From Octopus bimaculoides (lineage: Eukaryota): a stretch of 64,000 nucleotides of DNA. This document shows positions 40,066-54,100 of the stretch, piece after piece (position 1 is the stretch's first letter; every line of letters begins with the position of its first letter). The stretch lies in contig NC_068981.1 of NCBI RefSeq assembly GCF_001194135.2, positions 189,149,283 through 189,213,282 of the forward strand, in the 5' to 3' direction. The translations under genes were made by a program, and so were the position numbers. The notes beneath the pieces were generated by a model. It did no database searches. It was not told where the DNA came from and saw only the letters and a program-made list of their open reading frames with translations.

Positions 40066-40222
40066 TGATAGGCATGGCAGAGTAGTTAAGAAGCATGCTT
40101 TCCAAGCATGTGGTCTAAAGTTCAGTTCCAGTGGGCAGTACACCTTAAGCAAGAATCTTCTACTATAGCCCTGGGCCAACTAAAAACTGTTCGGTGGATT
40201 TGTAGATGTAAAGAAAAGAAGC

Positions 40223-40283
<61 letters not shown>

Positions 40284-42599
40284 TTGCGTATGCTTTTATC
40301 TTAACATTATGATATCGCTGTAAACAAGCATCACCTTCACACAAGTGACGTTCATTTACAGCCTCCCAAGAAAATCATGTCTGACCATAGGAAATATTAC
40401 CTTGCTTGGAGAAAAGTGAGGTTTGGTGATAGGAAGGGCATCGATCCATAGAAAAGTTGTCTCAATAAATTTCATCTGGCTTATGCTAGTATGCAGAAGT
40501 GAAAATTTAACTATGATGGTGATAGTGACACTAAGCATTGATTAATAAATTCTGTTGAAGTGACACCATGCAACACTTCAAATACTATGCCTTGTCTTCT
40601 TGGTTTCCAACTGTACTTTAAGATTATGAATAACGAATGCAAGAAAGTTTAAATGAAAAAATGCTCACATCTTTTGAAATTACCTTATTTTAATGTGTAT
40701 AAGGAACCCCCTAGTTTCTGGAGCTTAAAATTTGTAAAAAAAAGGTTTTTTAAGGGATTATAATACTATCCATGTATAAGAAACTCCCATATTTTTTTTA
40801 ACTAACTTTTGACAAAAAAGGGTATCTTATACATGTTAAAATATGGTAAATGTCATAGGCAGTTACATCGTATTCTATATACCAAATATCAAACTAATAA
40901 AAGCAAAAAAAATAGCTGTTAGAAAGACTGAACCACAAAACTGAAAATGAAAAGTTATGGTCATGTAACACAACAGCATGACTCCTAAACTGAGGGAGTC
41001 ATGCATAGACCAACTCCCAGTAAAACAGAATTAGGAATATCAGGGTTGAGTAAAGAATAAACAAGGAGGTAGAAGAAGATGGTAGGAGAAATTTAACTTG
41101 TAGCTATCTTAGTACTTATAAATTCGATGGATTATGGAGTTGATTGATTGAGAAAGTGGAAGTGATTGATATAGCTCTTTTAATCATAAACAGTTATTTG
41201 AAGATTTTTATGCCAATGACTCAGATTTCAACTAGCATCGATATTAGTATTATCACTAGCACAGCAAACAGATTGGTTCTTATATATTTAGTGTTTGAAG
41301 AGAATTTCAGTTGTCAGACTTGTGCTTTGATGTGGTAACTTCTGGTGAGACACATTGTTACAAGTTTCACCACATGATATGCTCTTGTCAGTCTCAAAGC
41401 ACATGAGGCATTCATCACCAGATATTGAATAAATGCATAGGTCATTCACACACACGTCATCAGATCGATTACTTGCTACTCCTTGTGTTTCTTCAGTCAC
41501 TTTGACAAACTTAGCTGCTTGATACAGAAATTCAGACTGCATAAAATAAGGTAATTCGACTGACAGGTTCATGCATTAACTTGTAACCACTGTTTCATAG
41601 ATGTGATCATTCCTCTTTATACCTTCATCTCTACTGAACTACTTAGCTGCACATTCATTTCTTTCCAAGCTCACTGAAGTACCTCATCATTCTTGAACAG
41701 TTTCACTCTGCTGTCATCAAACTAAACATTTCCTTCCATTATTGTCCCAGAATTACAACCCTCTGAAATTCATTCCCTGCTTCTGTTTTCTCTACAAACA
41801 TTTTCCTACAGATATTTCAACTGAACATCATCTGCAACAATCTCAACAGTTTGACAGAAGACAGACATAGACATTTCTTTTCCTCAACTAGTTTTAAAAA
41901 GTCTTTATTTTAAGTTTTCCTATTCTGTAGATTTTCTAATACCATTCCAAATACATAGTCACTAATGATATACATCTTAAGTTTAATGTTACAATAGTAT
42001 TCAACTCTGATTTTATGTATGTATTTATGTATATTTGAGAAAAGCTATTACTGAACTTTGTATGCCATTTCTATAGAATCTAAAATAATTTAGAAGTTAA
42101 ATTAATATATAAAAATAGAATATTCCAAAGAATATATGGAAAAAAAATGTTAAAATATGTAAATGATGAGACATAAGTTTTAGAGTTACAACATAAATCA
42201 GTTATTATATGTAAATTAAAAGTGAAGAAATTCTTGAAGAAAATTATATTAGAAATCTCAAAAAGAAGCAGAATCATTAGCTAACTATATGTGCTAGGGC
42301 AGTGAATTTCACAGAACCATTTAGAATATTAAATAAAATGCCTTTTGGTTATAATTCATGTCCAATCGATGCCATTTGTAGCTTTCATTCTTCCAAGGTC
42401 AATAGAATAAACTATCAGTCTAGTGTAGAGGTCAATATATTTCCTACAAGCAAATTTCTGTCTTTGTGCTTTGGATAAAATCATTATTTGAATGACATTA
42501 CATCAAGGTTACATAAAATAGTAAGAGAGAAATGATGGTATATCAACACTAATAACAAATATTGTAATTAGCTACAAAATTAATAACAGAATACAACAA

Positions 42600-43440
42600 C
42601 CAATTTCTATAACCATCAAGTTGAACTTGTACAGGTTTGCCTCAGTCAATCACATCAGCCAACGTGATTCTGCATAGCATGCAGAAGATCAGCGATGTAA
42701 CACCCTGTGATTGTACAGAACTGACCAATGAAGGTTTTTTACTAAATACATGACCTACGTTTAGCAACAATTAGAATTTTGCTGCCATCACTAAGCTTAA
42801 ACCCTCTGTAATTTGTAGCCCCACCTAAATGGGAGGATTACAACCTTCAATCCATTTCAAAAGTGGATTTTTATTGCACACCTGTATAACAAAATTGAAG
42901 AAAGACATCATGGAATGCCTTTCTCCTTCAGAATTCTGGTGGTATGTTATCAATGTCCAGTCATCTTTCTGTTCTTGATACTTTTCAATATATCTAAGGT
43001 GAGACCAAATGTGATATCAAGAGCATGCTTAACAGAAGTTTCTACAGGTTTGAGATGCTAGAGAATTACTGAGAAAAATCTGGAAATATTCCTTTCATTC
43101 GTTAAATGACTCCTGCAAAGTTGTAGCTTTAGGTTATTTGTACTTTTCCTGCCTCTAATTTCATAGGAAATATGTGATAACTGAAAGGATTGGTTGCTGC
43201 TGCTGCTACATGCAAAATGAAATCTATTTTGCTTTGAAGAAATTTCCGTTGTCCAGTTTCATTAGTATTCATAAGATTTTGCTCAGCATTTGAAATATTC
43301 GTTCTGGAAAATTTAGTTGACTTTAAATGAGCATTCACTTCATCATTTTTATGACAAATATTGTAATATAAATGAAGCCATATTATGATGATAACACTGA
43401 CACTAACATTGCTAATGATAACATTGGACCTTGTCAATGT
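42600..43440 (-). mobile_element. Heavily decayed RTE-clade LINE, N-terminal RT region
   Basis: LDILKSIKNRKMTG-DNIPPEF and GGATNYRG remnants, with many stops and frameshifts. Confidence 0.55.
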
Positions 43441-43604
43441 TTGCTTTAATTTAATAAAAAATATTTTTGTGAATTTAAAGCAAAACCTCAGTGAAAGAGA
43501 AAAGTGTATGAAAAACAGTCACACTCGTGTATGGCAATAAAATACAACTGGAAATATAGAGAAGAGCATAACATATTTATTTTTGAAATAAAAGTTATAT
43601 AGGA

Positions 43605-43965
43605 GCAGGTATTGCTGTGAGGTTAAGAGGCTCACTTTGTAACCATGTGATTTCAGGTTCAGTCCCCCCACTGCATGGAACCATGGGCAAATGTCTTCTA
43701 TTATAGCTTCAAGCCAACAAATGCCTTGTGAGTGAATTTGGTGGACAGAAACTGTGTGGAATCATTTCATGTGTATGTGTATAAGTTTGTGTTTTCCCTG
43801 CAACTGCTTGAAAACTAGTGCTGGTTTGTTTAAATACCTGTAGCTTAGTGACTAGGCAAAAGAGATCAACAGAATAACTATCGGACATAAAAACTAATGG
43901 GGTTAATTTGTTCTGCCAAACTTGAATGTGGTGCCCCAGCATGGCTGTAGTCCAATGACAGTAAA
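43605..43965 (+). mobile_element. SINE family A (type-1 tail)
   Basis: Head plus type-1 tail ending CCAGCATGGCTGTAGTCCAATGAC. Further copies at 47740-48185(+), 51040-51472(-, with gap) and 59710-59830(-, head only). Confidence 0.8.
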
Positions 43966-44159
43966 AGATACATTGTCTCTTGCTTTATCATTAACAGGTA
44001 TAATCGTTATTGTTGAATCCCAGGTGAATTCTTATCCAGCAGACCCATGATCCAGACATTCTAGTCAGGACGGTCTTTGTAGAGAGTATGTAACACTAAA
44101 TTAACTAATATGCTTTTTCCTTATTTAAGTGATCAGAAGGAGATTTGGTATATTGAGTG

Positions 44160-45350
44160 GTTATGTAGAGGCTTTATAATCAAAATAAAAATACAATGCA
44201 CTCAATGCGATGTTTATACTAAATAACAGATTAATAGTGTACAGCTCTTCTTCACACTTCTCATTTCATTGCAAGTAAATTTTGAAAACAAGGGAGTACA
44301 CTACTAAAATATGGCTAACTATAAATATTTAAACATACACCATTGTTCTACACTGCTCACAGTATTGAATTATAACATTCGTCCTACCTATTTAAAATTA
44401 GGTAGTTCCAACCAATGATAAGTTAGTATCTTTGCCATCGATGCAACACAATGTTAGTGATGAGATACAATCTGAATTCTATCAGGTTTCTAGTACTCTA
44501 TCAATGAGAGTATCAGAAGGTTATGATTTTGAATACATTTAGAAAGGAACTTAGGATTCATTCAAAGCAGTAATCTAACTAAATTCTTTGATAAAAGATT
44601 AATGTTCACTAGACATTTACAATATGAATTATTTACAATAGATTATCAATATAAAATAAATATGATAGATAATATGGTTTGATAATATTTCTTTTGATTT
44701 ATCCAACTTAGATCTAACAATATTGCAAAAGCAAATCCCTTCATAGATAATCTATAGATAAAGTGAATTGGAATTAGTAAAAGAGACTTGACTTTATTCA
44801 AATATAATCAATATCAAATCTTGGATCTTTCATCTCTGTATCACATAAGAGAATATTTTGAAGGTGTAGTTACACAGAGATAAGAATGTGAAACAGTACA
44901 AATAGTGATACAAGGTTGTTTTGAATAGTTGGCTATACTAACTTCAGTAACTGGTTGTGAAAGGTATATTACAAATGAAATAGGATCACAATAAAGATAT
45001 ATTGGTGATATTAAATCTAAATATTTCAGATTTCTGAAGCAAGATGATTTAAAAATAGATAACAATTAGACTTATTGAAAATGTTTAATGCTGAACTTAA
45101 TATTTCAAGAACATACAAAATTTAAACACATGCTGTTCATGCCAACATGTAAAGATAAAACAGAATACAGACTAGAAACAACCTTGAAAACATGAATATC
45201 TTTTATGTGACTATTCCAGATAAATCAAGTTAGTTTACTTTTTACACTAATGATGTATTTTATTCATTATTTCTAAACTTCAGTATTTTAACAAGAACAA
45301 AATATCTATACAGTATTAATAATCATGTTCCTGTATAGTTTTAATAATTA
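44160..45350 (-). pseudogene. Probable decayed LRR-transmembrane (Toll-like receptor-type) pseudogene
   Basis: Ordered frameshifted motifs: KILKFRNNE, LDLSG, VLSLHVGMN, FRNLKYLDL, VTEVSIAN, LLDLSW; an LRR-CT-like NLVRLLL*MNPKFLSKC; then CEEE-LYTINLLFSINIALSALYFYF (TM-like). No TIR domain seen; repeats follow. Confidence 0.45.
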
Positions 45351-46930
45351 ACATTTGAGAGTTACAAAATTTTACCACCATCAATATATTCATAGCAGTA
45401 CCTATGACATATAGTGGGGTCTAAAAGAGATTTTTGAAAAGGGACAGAATCATGACTGAGGTTATACTCAGGATGACTGGATTGCTTACAATATAGTGAA
45501 CTCCACTAAAAGCACCTTAAGACCAAATAGTGGTGCTATGCTGCACCATGGGTAAGTTTAGCTCAAGACATTCTAACAAACTTTCATGCAGTTTTTGAAT
45601 ATTCAGTTGTATTCAAAAGACTTCAATTAACTGGAAGATATTATAGAAGAAACTTGTTAAAGTCTTGGACAATGAAAGGAAACTGGAATCTCATGATTGT
45701 AAAGGAAACAATCCACAGTTATAGCTGCGCTCATAGCCTACCTGAATCTTATATTTGAAATACTTATATATCATTATGAGCATTTCAATTTCTAGCCTTA
45801 AATCTCATTGGAATAGTAGCTTCAACATCTCTTATTTCTCAGTTCTTTCAGAGATGAATTNNNNNNNNNNNNNNNNNNNNNNNNNNNNNNNNNNNNNNNN
45901 NNNNNNNNNNNNTATAGCTGCGCTCATAGCCTACCTGAATCTTATATTTGAAATACTTATATATTATTATGAGCATTTCAATTTCTAGCCTTAAATCTCT
46001 CTGGAATAGTAGCTTCAACATCTCTTATTTCTCAGTTCTTTCAGAGATGAATTTAATTCATGCTCCTCAATCAATCTCAGGATCACTTATTCCACTACTT
46101 GAATGCCAACAAACATATGATGGAAAAATACTCTTACCACTATGAGTAGTAGTCATAGTAGTAAGGGGGCATGCACTGTAATAGTGCGTTGCTGCATCTA
46201 CCATTTGTTGGTGGTTCCCTACTCTTGGCAGATGACACCTTTACACCAATCAGGCAACAACCCTCTGACCCATGAGTCTGTTTGGGTATTCACTGTCACT
46301 GAGGGTTTTATGAGGTCAGAGTGTAAATCCTGCCTCAACCTCTTTTTGCCACCTTTTATGACATACAGAGGAAACATTGAGTTTATTTTTTGACATTGAT
46401 AGTCTCCACATGGCAAACTGTGAGCAATATCAGGTGATATATAATTACTTTTTTTCCATATATTTCATGGTGCTTATACAAAATAATGAAATCACTACTG
46501 AGCTTCAATATTACAATATCATTAAAATTAAAACAAATTTCTTATATATTCACATTAAAACGCTATCAATAACAATGCTGTTATTTAATTCCATATAAGG
46601 CAGTTCTCAATTCTAACATGAACAAGCAACCAACAATGAGTATTAATACAGGTGAAGGCACATGGTCTAGTGGTTAGAGTGTTGCAGTCATGATCACAAG
46701 TTCTTGGTTTCGATTCTAAGACTGGGCAACTTGTTGTGCACTTGAGCAAAACACTTTATTTCACTCAGCTACAGGTCACTCGGCTGTAAATGAGTAACTT
46801 TGCAATAGACTGGCATCCCATTCAGGGGCAGTGTTGTGATCACTTACCATGGAAACCAGGTAAATAACCATATGAGCCCTACAACTTGAAACTGTAATAT
46901 GATGATGGTATTCAATATATCTCCCTCAAT

Positions 46931-47378
46931 AAGGTGGCAAGCTGGCAGAAACATTAGCATGCCGGGCAAAACGCTCAGTGGCATTTTGTTTGTCTCTACA
47001 TTCTGAGTTCAAAATTCTGCCGAGGTCGGCTTTGCCTTTCAACCTTTTGGGGTTGATAAATTAAGTAGCAGTTGCATGCTGAGGTCGATCTAATCAACTG
47101 GCCCACTCCCCAAAAATTTTGGGCCTTGTGCTTAGAGTAGAAAAGAATATGGTCAGAAAAACCAAAGCGGCGAGCTGGCAGAAACATTAGCACGCTGGGC
47201 AAAATACTTAGCGGCATTTTGTCTGTCTTTACGTTTTGAGTTCAAAATTCCACCAAGGTCAACTTTGTCTTTCATCCTTTCGGGGTCAATAAATTAAGTA
47301 CCAGTTGCGTACTGGGGTCGATGTAATCAACTGGCTCCCTCCCCAAAACTTTTGGGCCTTGTGCCAAGAGCAGAAAAG
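46931..47378 (+). mobile_element. Head-to-tail SINE-B dimer flanked by a single 17-bp TSD
   Basis: AATATATCTCCCTCAAT at 46914-46930 and 47379-47395. Two full B monomers separated by GGTCAGAAAACCAAA. Confidence 0.9.
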
Positions 47379-49352
47379 AATATATCTCCCTCAATCCTCT
47401 CCTCTCTCTCTCTCTCTCTCTGTTCCTACTCACACATGTTAAAATCAATAACACACATATCTTAACCTCTTTCCTTCTGCTCATCATTTTTACTGTTTTT
47501 ACACCCATTTTTTTTTTCCATAATGGCATGGTTTAGATGAGACTACTTGAAGTATTCTACAGCTAAACACCCTTCCTGGCAAAAAAAAAATGATTACTTA
47601 CTATCAAATAAGGTCATATATTCAACAGTTCTTCACATGTCAAAATGACACTTGTTTTCTATACAGGACATAACTGTCAATACTACCCAAGCATTGCCAA
47701 GAAGAGACAACGAAGTTCTTAAGGATACAGCCATGCCATGCCTGGCATGGCTCTGTGGTAAGAAGTTTTACTTTCCAGTCACATTATTCCAAGTTCAGTC
47801 CCACTGCATGGCACCTTGAGCAAGTGACTTCTATAACCTTGGACCAACCAAAGCCTTGTGAGAAGATTTGGTAGATGGAAACTGAAAAAAGCCTGTCATG
47901 TGTGTGTGCGTATGTGTGTGTATGCATATGTGTGTGTGTGCGTATGTGTGTGTATGCATATGTGTGTGTGTGCGTATGTGTGTGTGTGCATGCATGATTG
48001 TCCCCCAACACTGCTTGACAACTGGTGTTGGTGTTAATGTCCCCTAACTTAGCAGTTCAGTAAAAAAGACTGATAGAATAAGTACCAGGCTTAAATAATA
48101 TACACTGGAGGTCAATTCATTTGGCTAAAATTCTTCAAGGCAGTGCTCCAGTATGGCTGTAGTTTAATGATTGAAACAAGTAAAAGAATAAAAGAATTTA
48201 TATGCACCATCTACAAGAAAAACAAGTTTCATTTATTTCAACTGGAGCAAAATTTAGCCATATATGGAATTTGAATAGCTATATTGTTAATGTTCTAGAT
48301 ATAGGCTTTAAATCAAATTCAGAAAGATGGTTTGTTTCAGTGAATAACAAAGTTATTGGAACTAAAAAGTAGATTAGTTCCTACTGTTTATTGTTATCTG
48401 AAATACTTCAGAAAGTAGATATATTTAACACCAATGAAATAAAACAGTAAATTCCAAAGAAAACATTCTCCATTATAAAATCTTCTTAGATTTAAGCTTA
48501 TGGCAGAAATATTCAGCATATTAATTATGAGGCTATAATTGAAGACCATAGCACTAATAAGGAAGTCCATATATGAGATTTTCATAATCAGTAATTGATT
48601 TTCAATTTCCCTCTCATATTCATTTACTTCTTAGGATTCTATAGGAATATGATACTTCAAAGAAGATACCAAAAATGCACAGTGGACAATCCAGGCACTT
48701 CATATCAGATATAATCCAATTACTTTAATGTGGTACCATTTGCCTTCAGCTCCTAATTGATTAATTTTCTGTTTAAATTCTTTAGTCAATTATTTTGGAA
48801 ATATAATTTATTGGTTTTATTTATAAGAGAAATATTTTATATATTGATTTCTTTTGAAGATGAACTATACTAACTCTGTATTAATGATGAGAGAGAGAGA
48901 GAGAGAAAAAAATCCAACTGAAATTTCAGATTTTACTAAAATTATAACTTCTTCAACAGGAACATAATTTATAAGCTGACTAATAGAACTCTAAGAATTT
49001 TCGATACACCAAACTTTGTCTCCATGAGACTTTGTACAATATAATTGTTTAAGTTGCCCTGTCATCTTTTCCTACTTACTACCTATAGTACTTTAGATAT
49101 GGCTCATCATTTTAGCAGACACAATTTTATTTGGTGTGTTTTAAGTTATTACTGCAATGTGCTTTTGAATGTGTTCCAGTTTTCACTGAACTATTAACCG
49201 TATTCTTTTCCAAAGGTATTTCCTTTAGAATATCAAAGCACTGTGTTATCTTCAGGAAAGTTGATCACTTTGATTTTCCCAATTATTGATCACCTCAACA
49301 TAACCATAGAAATAAATGTAGTGTAATTGGTGTGTGTGTGTGNNNNNNNNNN

Positions 49353-49383
<31 letters not shown>

Positions 49384-52187
49384 AGAGGGAGACAGAAGAG
49401 AGAAGAGAGAGAGAAAGAATGTCAAGGGACATTAAGGAAAAGAAGTCATCTTGTGAAACGTTTCTTCTGAGTTGTGGAATATATAAAAGACACAAGAGAA
49501 ATATACTCAAGAAGTTATTACACAAATGCTGCTAGATAGAAGAACATGACAGCATCAGGGCAACTTCATATGACAACAGGGAGACTAGTTTTATTATATT
49601 CAGAAGAAGATTGGTTGGCATCAGCTGTTAAAAACTGCTAGCCAATGAGATCCAGTGTTGATGAATGGAACTGTCACAAGGACAATAATCCAGTCTTGGT
49701 CAAAGTGCAGGTGTAACAGCTGTGTCAGGGTCAAATGATATGTTAGCATCCAGTCACTGGAGCTGCTTAATTTCACAAAATGCCAAAAGAAAATTGTATA
49801 GAGAGGTCTGACTTCCTTCATCAAGCCAGTAATCTCCATACAACCACTGAAGTAAACCTAATCAACATGTTAAATACTGAATGGGAGATGAAGCAGATGA
49901 TGTTCTAAAGCAACAGGAAGTAACACGATAATCATATGCAAATTGGTTCTCGTAAACACTCCTTATTTTTCAATAAAAATAGGATGTGTGTACTATGTCA
50001 TATGAAATGCAGAGAATTCCAGAAAGTACCCCACTATCAAAAATGAGTTACACTATTCTTGTGTATCAAGTGCACACACAGAGAACTGAATAAACTTGGA
50101 CCCCATACAGGTGTGTAGATAGAGAAAGGAAGTGAGACAGCAATTGTGAAATATATAGGAAGAAGTGAAGTGCTGACGAGAGTATCAGATAGGTGTAGTG
50201 TCATTCTTAGTTTACTGGAAGCACTGAGTAGAGAATAGAGGCCATCTACTGCTATCCTTGATCATACCAGCAGCATAGTACACTGAAAATTGTAAGAGGA
50301 AGGAGTAATAGAGAGATGAATAGTAAGGAACATGAATGCATGAGACGAGAGGTGAGAGTGTGATAGAGTGGGGAATGTTTGGAGAGTAAAAGCTAAAAGG
50401 TACTGGATGAGAGGCTATCGAAGTAGCCAATGATGTAGACTACACACACACACACACACACACACATACATATATACACACTTCAATGCTGGCATGAATT
50501 GGATGGTTTAACAGGATGCAATGGGCATGAGGACTGCATCATGCTCCAATATCTACTCTGGCATTATTTCAACAGCTGGATACTCATCATAATGCGAAGC
50601 TGGTAAAGCTAAATTAGTCCAGAGTTATTTTATACTTTGCTGGTGTGTTTTGAAATATTTTATTACACAACAGCAAATGGTAATAAAAGTAACAAGGGAC
50701 AAAACCAAGTACTGAATAGATTCAAAATTCTGATTTGGAATTTCAATTACTTCTGATTTAGTTAAGTCAGATAGCAATGTATGAAATGAAGTTTTGTATG
50801 CATATATGTATATATACATATGTACACACACACACACACACACACAAGCATACCATAAAGGAGTTATAACCAACAGATATCAACCATTCGAAAAACCAAT
50901 GGAAACAGTTTCTTTGGTTCAATCAGAAGATCAAGTACCACAATATTATCGTTTACTTTAAAATGTAGTTTACCAACTTAAATTCAAAGTTTTGGATATT
51001 TCAGGAACAGATTTCAGTTACATCTATACTCTACTCTTTACTCTTTTACTTGTTTCAGTCTTTTGACTGTGGCCATGCTGGAGCACCGCCTTTAGTCGAG
51101 CAAATCGACCCCAGGACTTATTCTTTGGAAGCCTAGTACTTATTCTATGAGTCTCTTTTGCCAAACTGCTAAGTTACAGGGACGTAAACACACCAGCATC
51201 GGTTGTCAAGCGATGTTGGGGGAACAAACACAGACACAAACACAGACACACATACATACATACATATGAGATGGGCTTCTTTCCGTCTACCAAATCCACT
51301 CACAAGGCTTTGGTCGGCCCGAGGCTATAGTAGAAGACACTTGCCCAAGGTGCCACGCAGTGGGNNNNNNNNNNGACACTTGCCCAAGGTGCCACGCAGT
51401 GGGAATGAACCCGGAACCATGTGGTTGGTAAGCAAACTACTTACCACACAGCCTCTCCTGCGCCTATGCTCAAATAATTTTTACTTTTATTAGTGAGTGT
51501 CAGTGGCACTTGTTGCTGCTGAGTAGTTCAAATCAGCTCAGCCATTTTCACAGAGGCAGCTAACAGTGATTCAAGTACAGATGGTACACCCTCAAACGCA
51601 TATCAGATATATGAAGAATTAACTCAAGTCATCTTTCAATATGTGATTAAACTTTTGACATACTGTTATGTCTTTAATGCAGAAATGTTACCCCTTACTA
51701 CATACAGTTATCAACTTGCTGAGGGAAATTTGGTTTATAAAAATAATGGTTTCATAATGAATCAAAATCTGTTGTTGTTTATTTCTGCAAAGGAACTAAA
51801 CATTTTTTTTTATTATTTATTACCAAAAAAAAAAAAATGCATTTCTTTTATTTCCTAATGACATCAATGCTTACTTACCACCATGAACAGTGTGCTGATA
51901 GTATTTTGATGTTTAATACTGTAGCACAGTGAACACAAACAGTATTTTCTGAGCAAGTAAATAAATGTATGACTAACTGTAGCATTAAAAATACTAATGC
52001 TACTATTCAGAAACATCTGAATTTTTACTAAACTTTTACAGTGCTTATCACTTGTTTTATTTTCAGAAGATAAAAGTAAGGAAAACTATTATACAGGAAT
52101 TCAAAGATTTTTCCAAAAGGTTGAATATCATAATCAAAACTTTCTGATGTTTTGTTTTGCCAAAATACACACACATAAAATGCACAT

Positions 52188-52221
<34 letters not shown>

Positions 52222-52239
52222 ACGTGTGTGTGTGTATAC

Positions 52240-52283
<44 letters not shown>

Positions 52284-52523
52284 NNNNNNNNNNNNNNNNN
52301 NNNNNNNNNNNNNNNNNNNNNNNNNNNNNNNNNNNNNNNNNNNNNNNNNNNNNNNNNNNNNNNNNNNNNNNNNNNNNNNNNNNNNNNNNNNNNNNNNNNN
52401 NNNNNNNNNNNNNNNNNNNNNNNNNNNNNNNNNNNNNNNNNNNNNNNNNNNNNNNNNNNNNNNNNNNNNNNNNNNNNNNNNNNNNNNNNNNNNNNNNNNN
52501 NNNNNNNNNNNNNNNNNNNNNNN
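52284..52523. other. Assembly gap (N run)
   Basis: Other gaps at 24326-24335, 45861-45912, 49343-49352 and 51365-51374. Confidence 0.99.
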
Positions 52524-52527
52524 TGTG

Positions 52528-52614
<87 letters not shown>

Positions 52615-52759
52615 AGAGAAAGAGAGAGAAAACATTTTCTAAAACATTATTTGAAGATCACAGAGATTACTGATATTAGTTTGTATGGATCATGATAATT
52701 ATTTACAAAACATAACAAAATAAATATTGAAATATATTTCATGTTTTTGTCACTCAATG

Positions 52760-53450
52760 ATGTGGTTGATAGTCAGTGATGTGGTTGATAGTCAACAACT
52801 GCAGGATTAACAAGAAAAGAATTCCAAAATACTGAGTTTTGGAAAGGGTGCTTAGTGTGACACCTGGGGTAAATTTGTGTAGCAGTGGCATGTAATTAAC
52901 AATTTCTGAGATGCAGAAATAATAGTAGCAATGATAGTAAAGAGTGACAAGACAATGCCTCTGTAAAATAGACAATGAAGTGTATTAGTGAGTGACTCCT
53001 TGTCAATCGGTCAGATGGCTTTGTCTACAATGTGAGGGACAATGTTAATATATGCAGCAGCAATATTGAGCAGAGATGATCAGTATTTCATCGTGAGTCT
53101 CACTTGAGCATTATAGAACATCAGCAACTGATCAAAACCCAAGTACTTTCTGGTTTCAAAAGAAGAATACAGATTTGATTAGGTTATGAGTGTGAGGGGG
53201 ATTGCCAGATGGAATCATTAATGACTTTGCAGACATAAAATTAGTAGCAACTATAATGTTTTGTGTGTTTAAGATTCTATAGGTGGGATACCAGATTGTT
53301 TCCATGATGTATGCAGTAATTGTGTCATTAGAAAGAGACATCATATCATAGAAAAATATACTTGAAGGATTTGTTCATAGAGCCAGCACAGATCTAACAT
53401 GAGCTGTCTATGTTGCATGTGATTGATGCTTGTGTGAGAAAGATTAATGA
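52760..53450 (-). mobile_element. Decayed L2/CR1-type LINE 3' region
   Basis: MMSLSNDTITAY, RKYLGFDQLLMFYNAQVRLTMKY and IDKESLTNTL remnants. Confidence 0.6.
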
Positions 53451-53639
53451 TGAGTAGCAAGTGGTACTATCTGTCTTGGTATGCATATTGTCAGGTGGCA
53501 ACAAGTTTGTTAATATGCAAAATGAAGATTGTGAATGTACATGTTCAAACCTTCAATACAAAAAAGTCAAAAAAATGAGAGAGAGAATGAGAGAGAGAGA
53601 GAGAGAGAGAGAGTTCCATCACTGCTCCCTACACTGATG

Positions 53640-54100
53640 AGATCCCAAAAATGGAAGACAAAAGAACCCATAGGCCAGAAGATTCCCATGTCAAACACAG
53701 TCAAATACTTTGCTGATGTCAAATGCAACATAATTTTTAAAGGAATTTTTCTAAGAGGAGAAGACTCTGATGATTGATATAGGGTGGTATAGCTTTATGG
53801 AAGAATTAGTGTGAAAGGAATTTGAGCAAGGAATTGGAAGCAAATTCAATGAAGAACTTAACATATATGTTAAAGTAAGCTTAGGCTCTTACCTTATTCT
53901 CATTAAATTAATTCTAATTCTTGATGTAAGAACAGTTTCAGAAATTAATGTCCTCAGAAACTGTGACAAGGTGATGATCTAGTCATGTCTAACAATATTC
54001 TTGACCTGAAAAGATTTAAGGTCAGCACGGAAAAGACCAAGACACTAACTCAAATAATAATGCGATTTGCCAGAAACTTTGCAATATGCATAAATGAGAT
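53640..54100 (+). mobile_element. Very decayed RTE RT fragment
   Basis: Weak remnants resembling the ..VKVG.HQGS.LSP.LF...D and KGL.VN..KTK regions. Confidence 0.35.

Noticed and set aside
39692-40105. 137-aa ORF, longest ORF not spanning a gap
   Set aside because: The N-terminus comes from a SINE head and the rest is an R4/Dong remnant.
41288-41572. Cys-rich 94-aa ORF (CLMC...CGETC...H)
   Set aside because: It is surrounded by in-frame stops and has no recognisable family or splice support. Probably decayed repeat.
45720-46053. 141-bp direct duplication (45720-45860 and 45913-46053; 3 mismatches)
   Set aside because: The copies flank an N gap, which is typical of uncollapsed haplotype or contig overlap. 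The same pattern appears around 51365-51374.
48394-48585. Hydrophobic 63-aa ORF faintly like GPCR TM2-TM3
   Set aside because: No DRY or other class-A motifs; hydrophobicity is expected from T-rich DNA.
52063-52673. 133-190 aa ORFs
   Set aside because: They are made of microsatellites and Ns.
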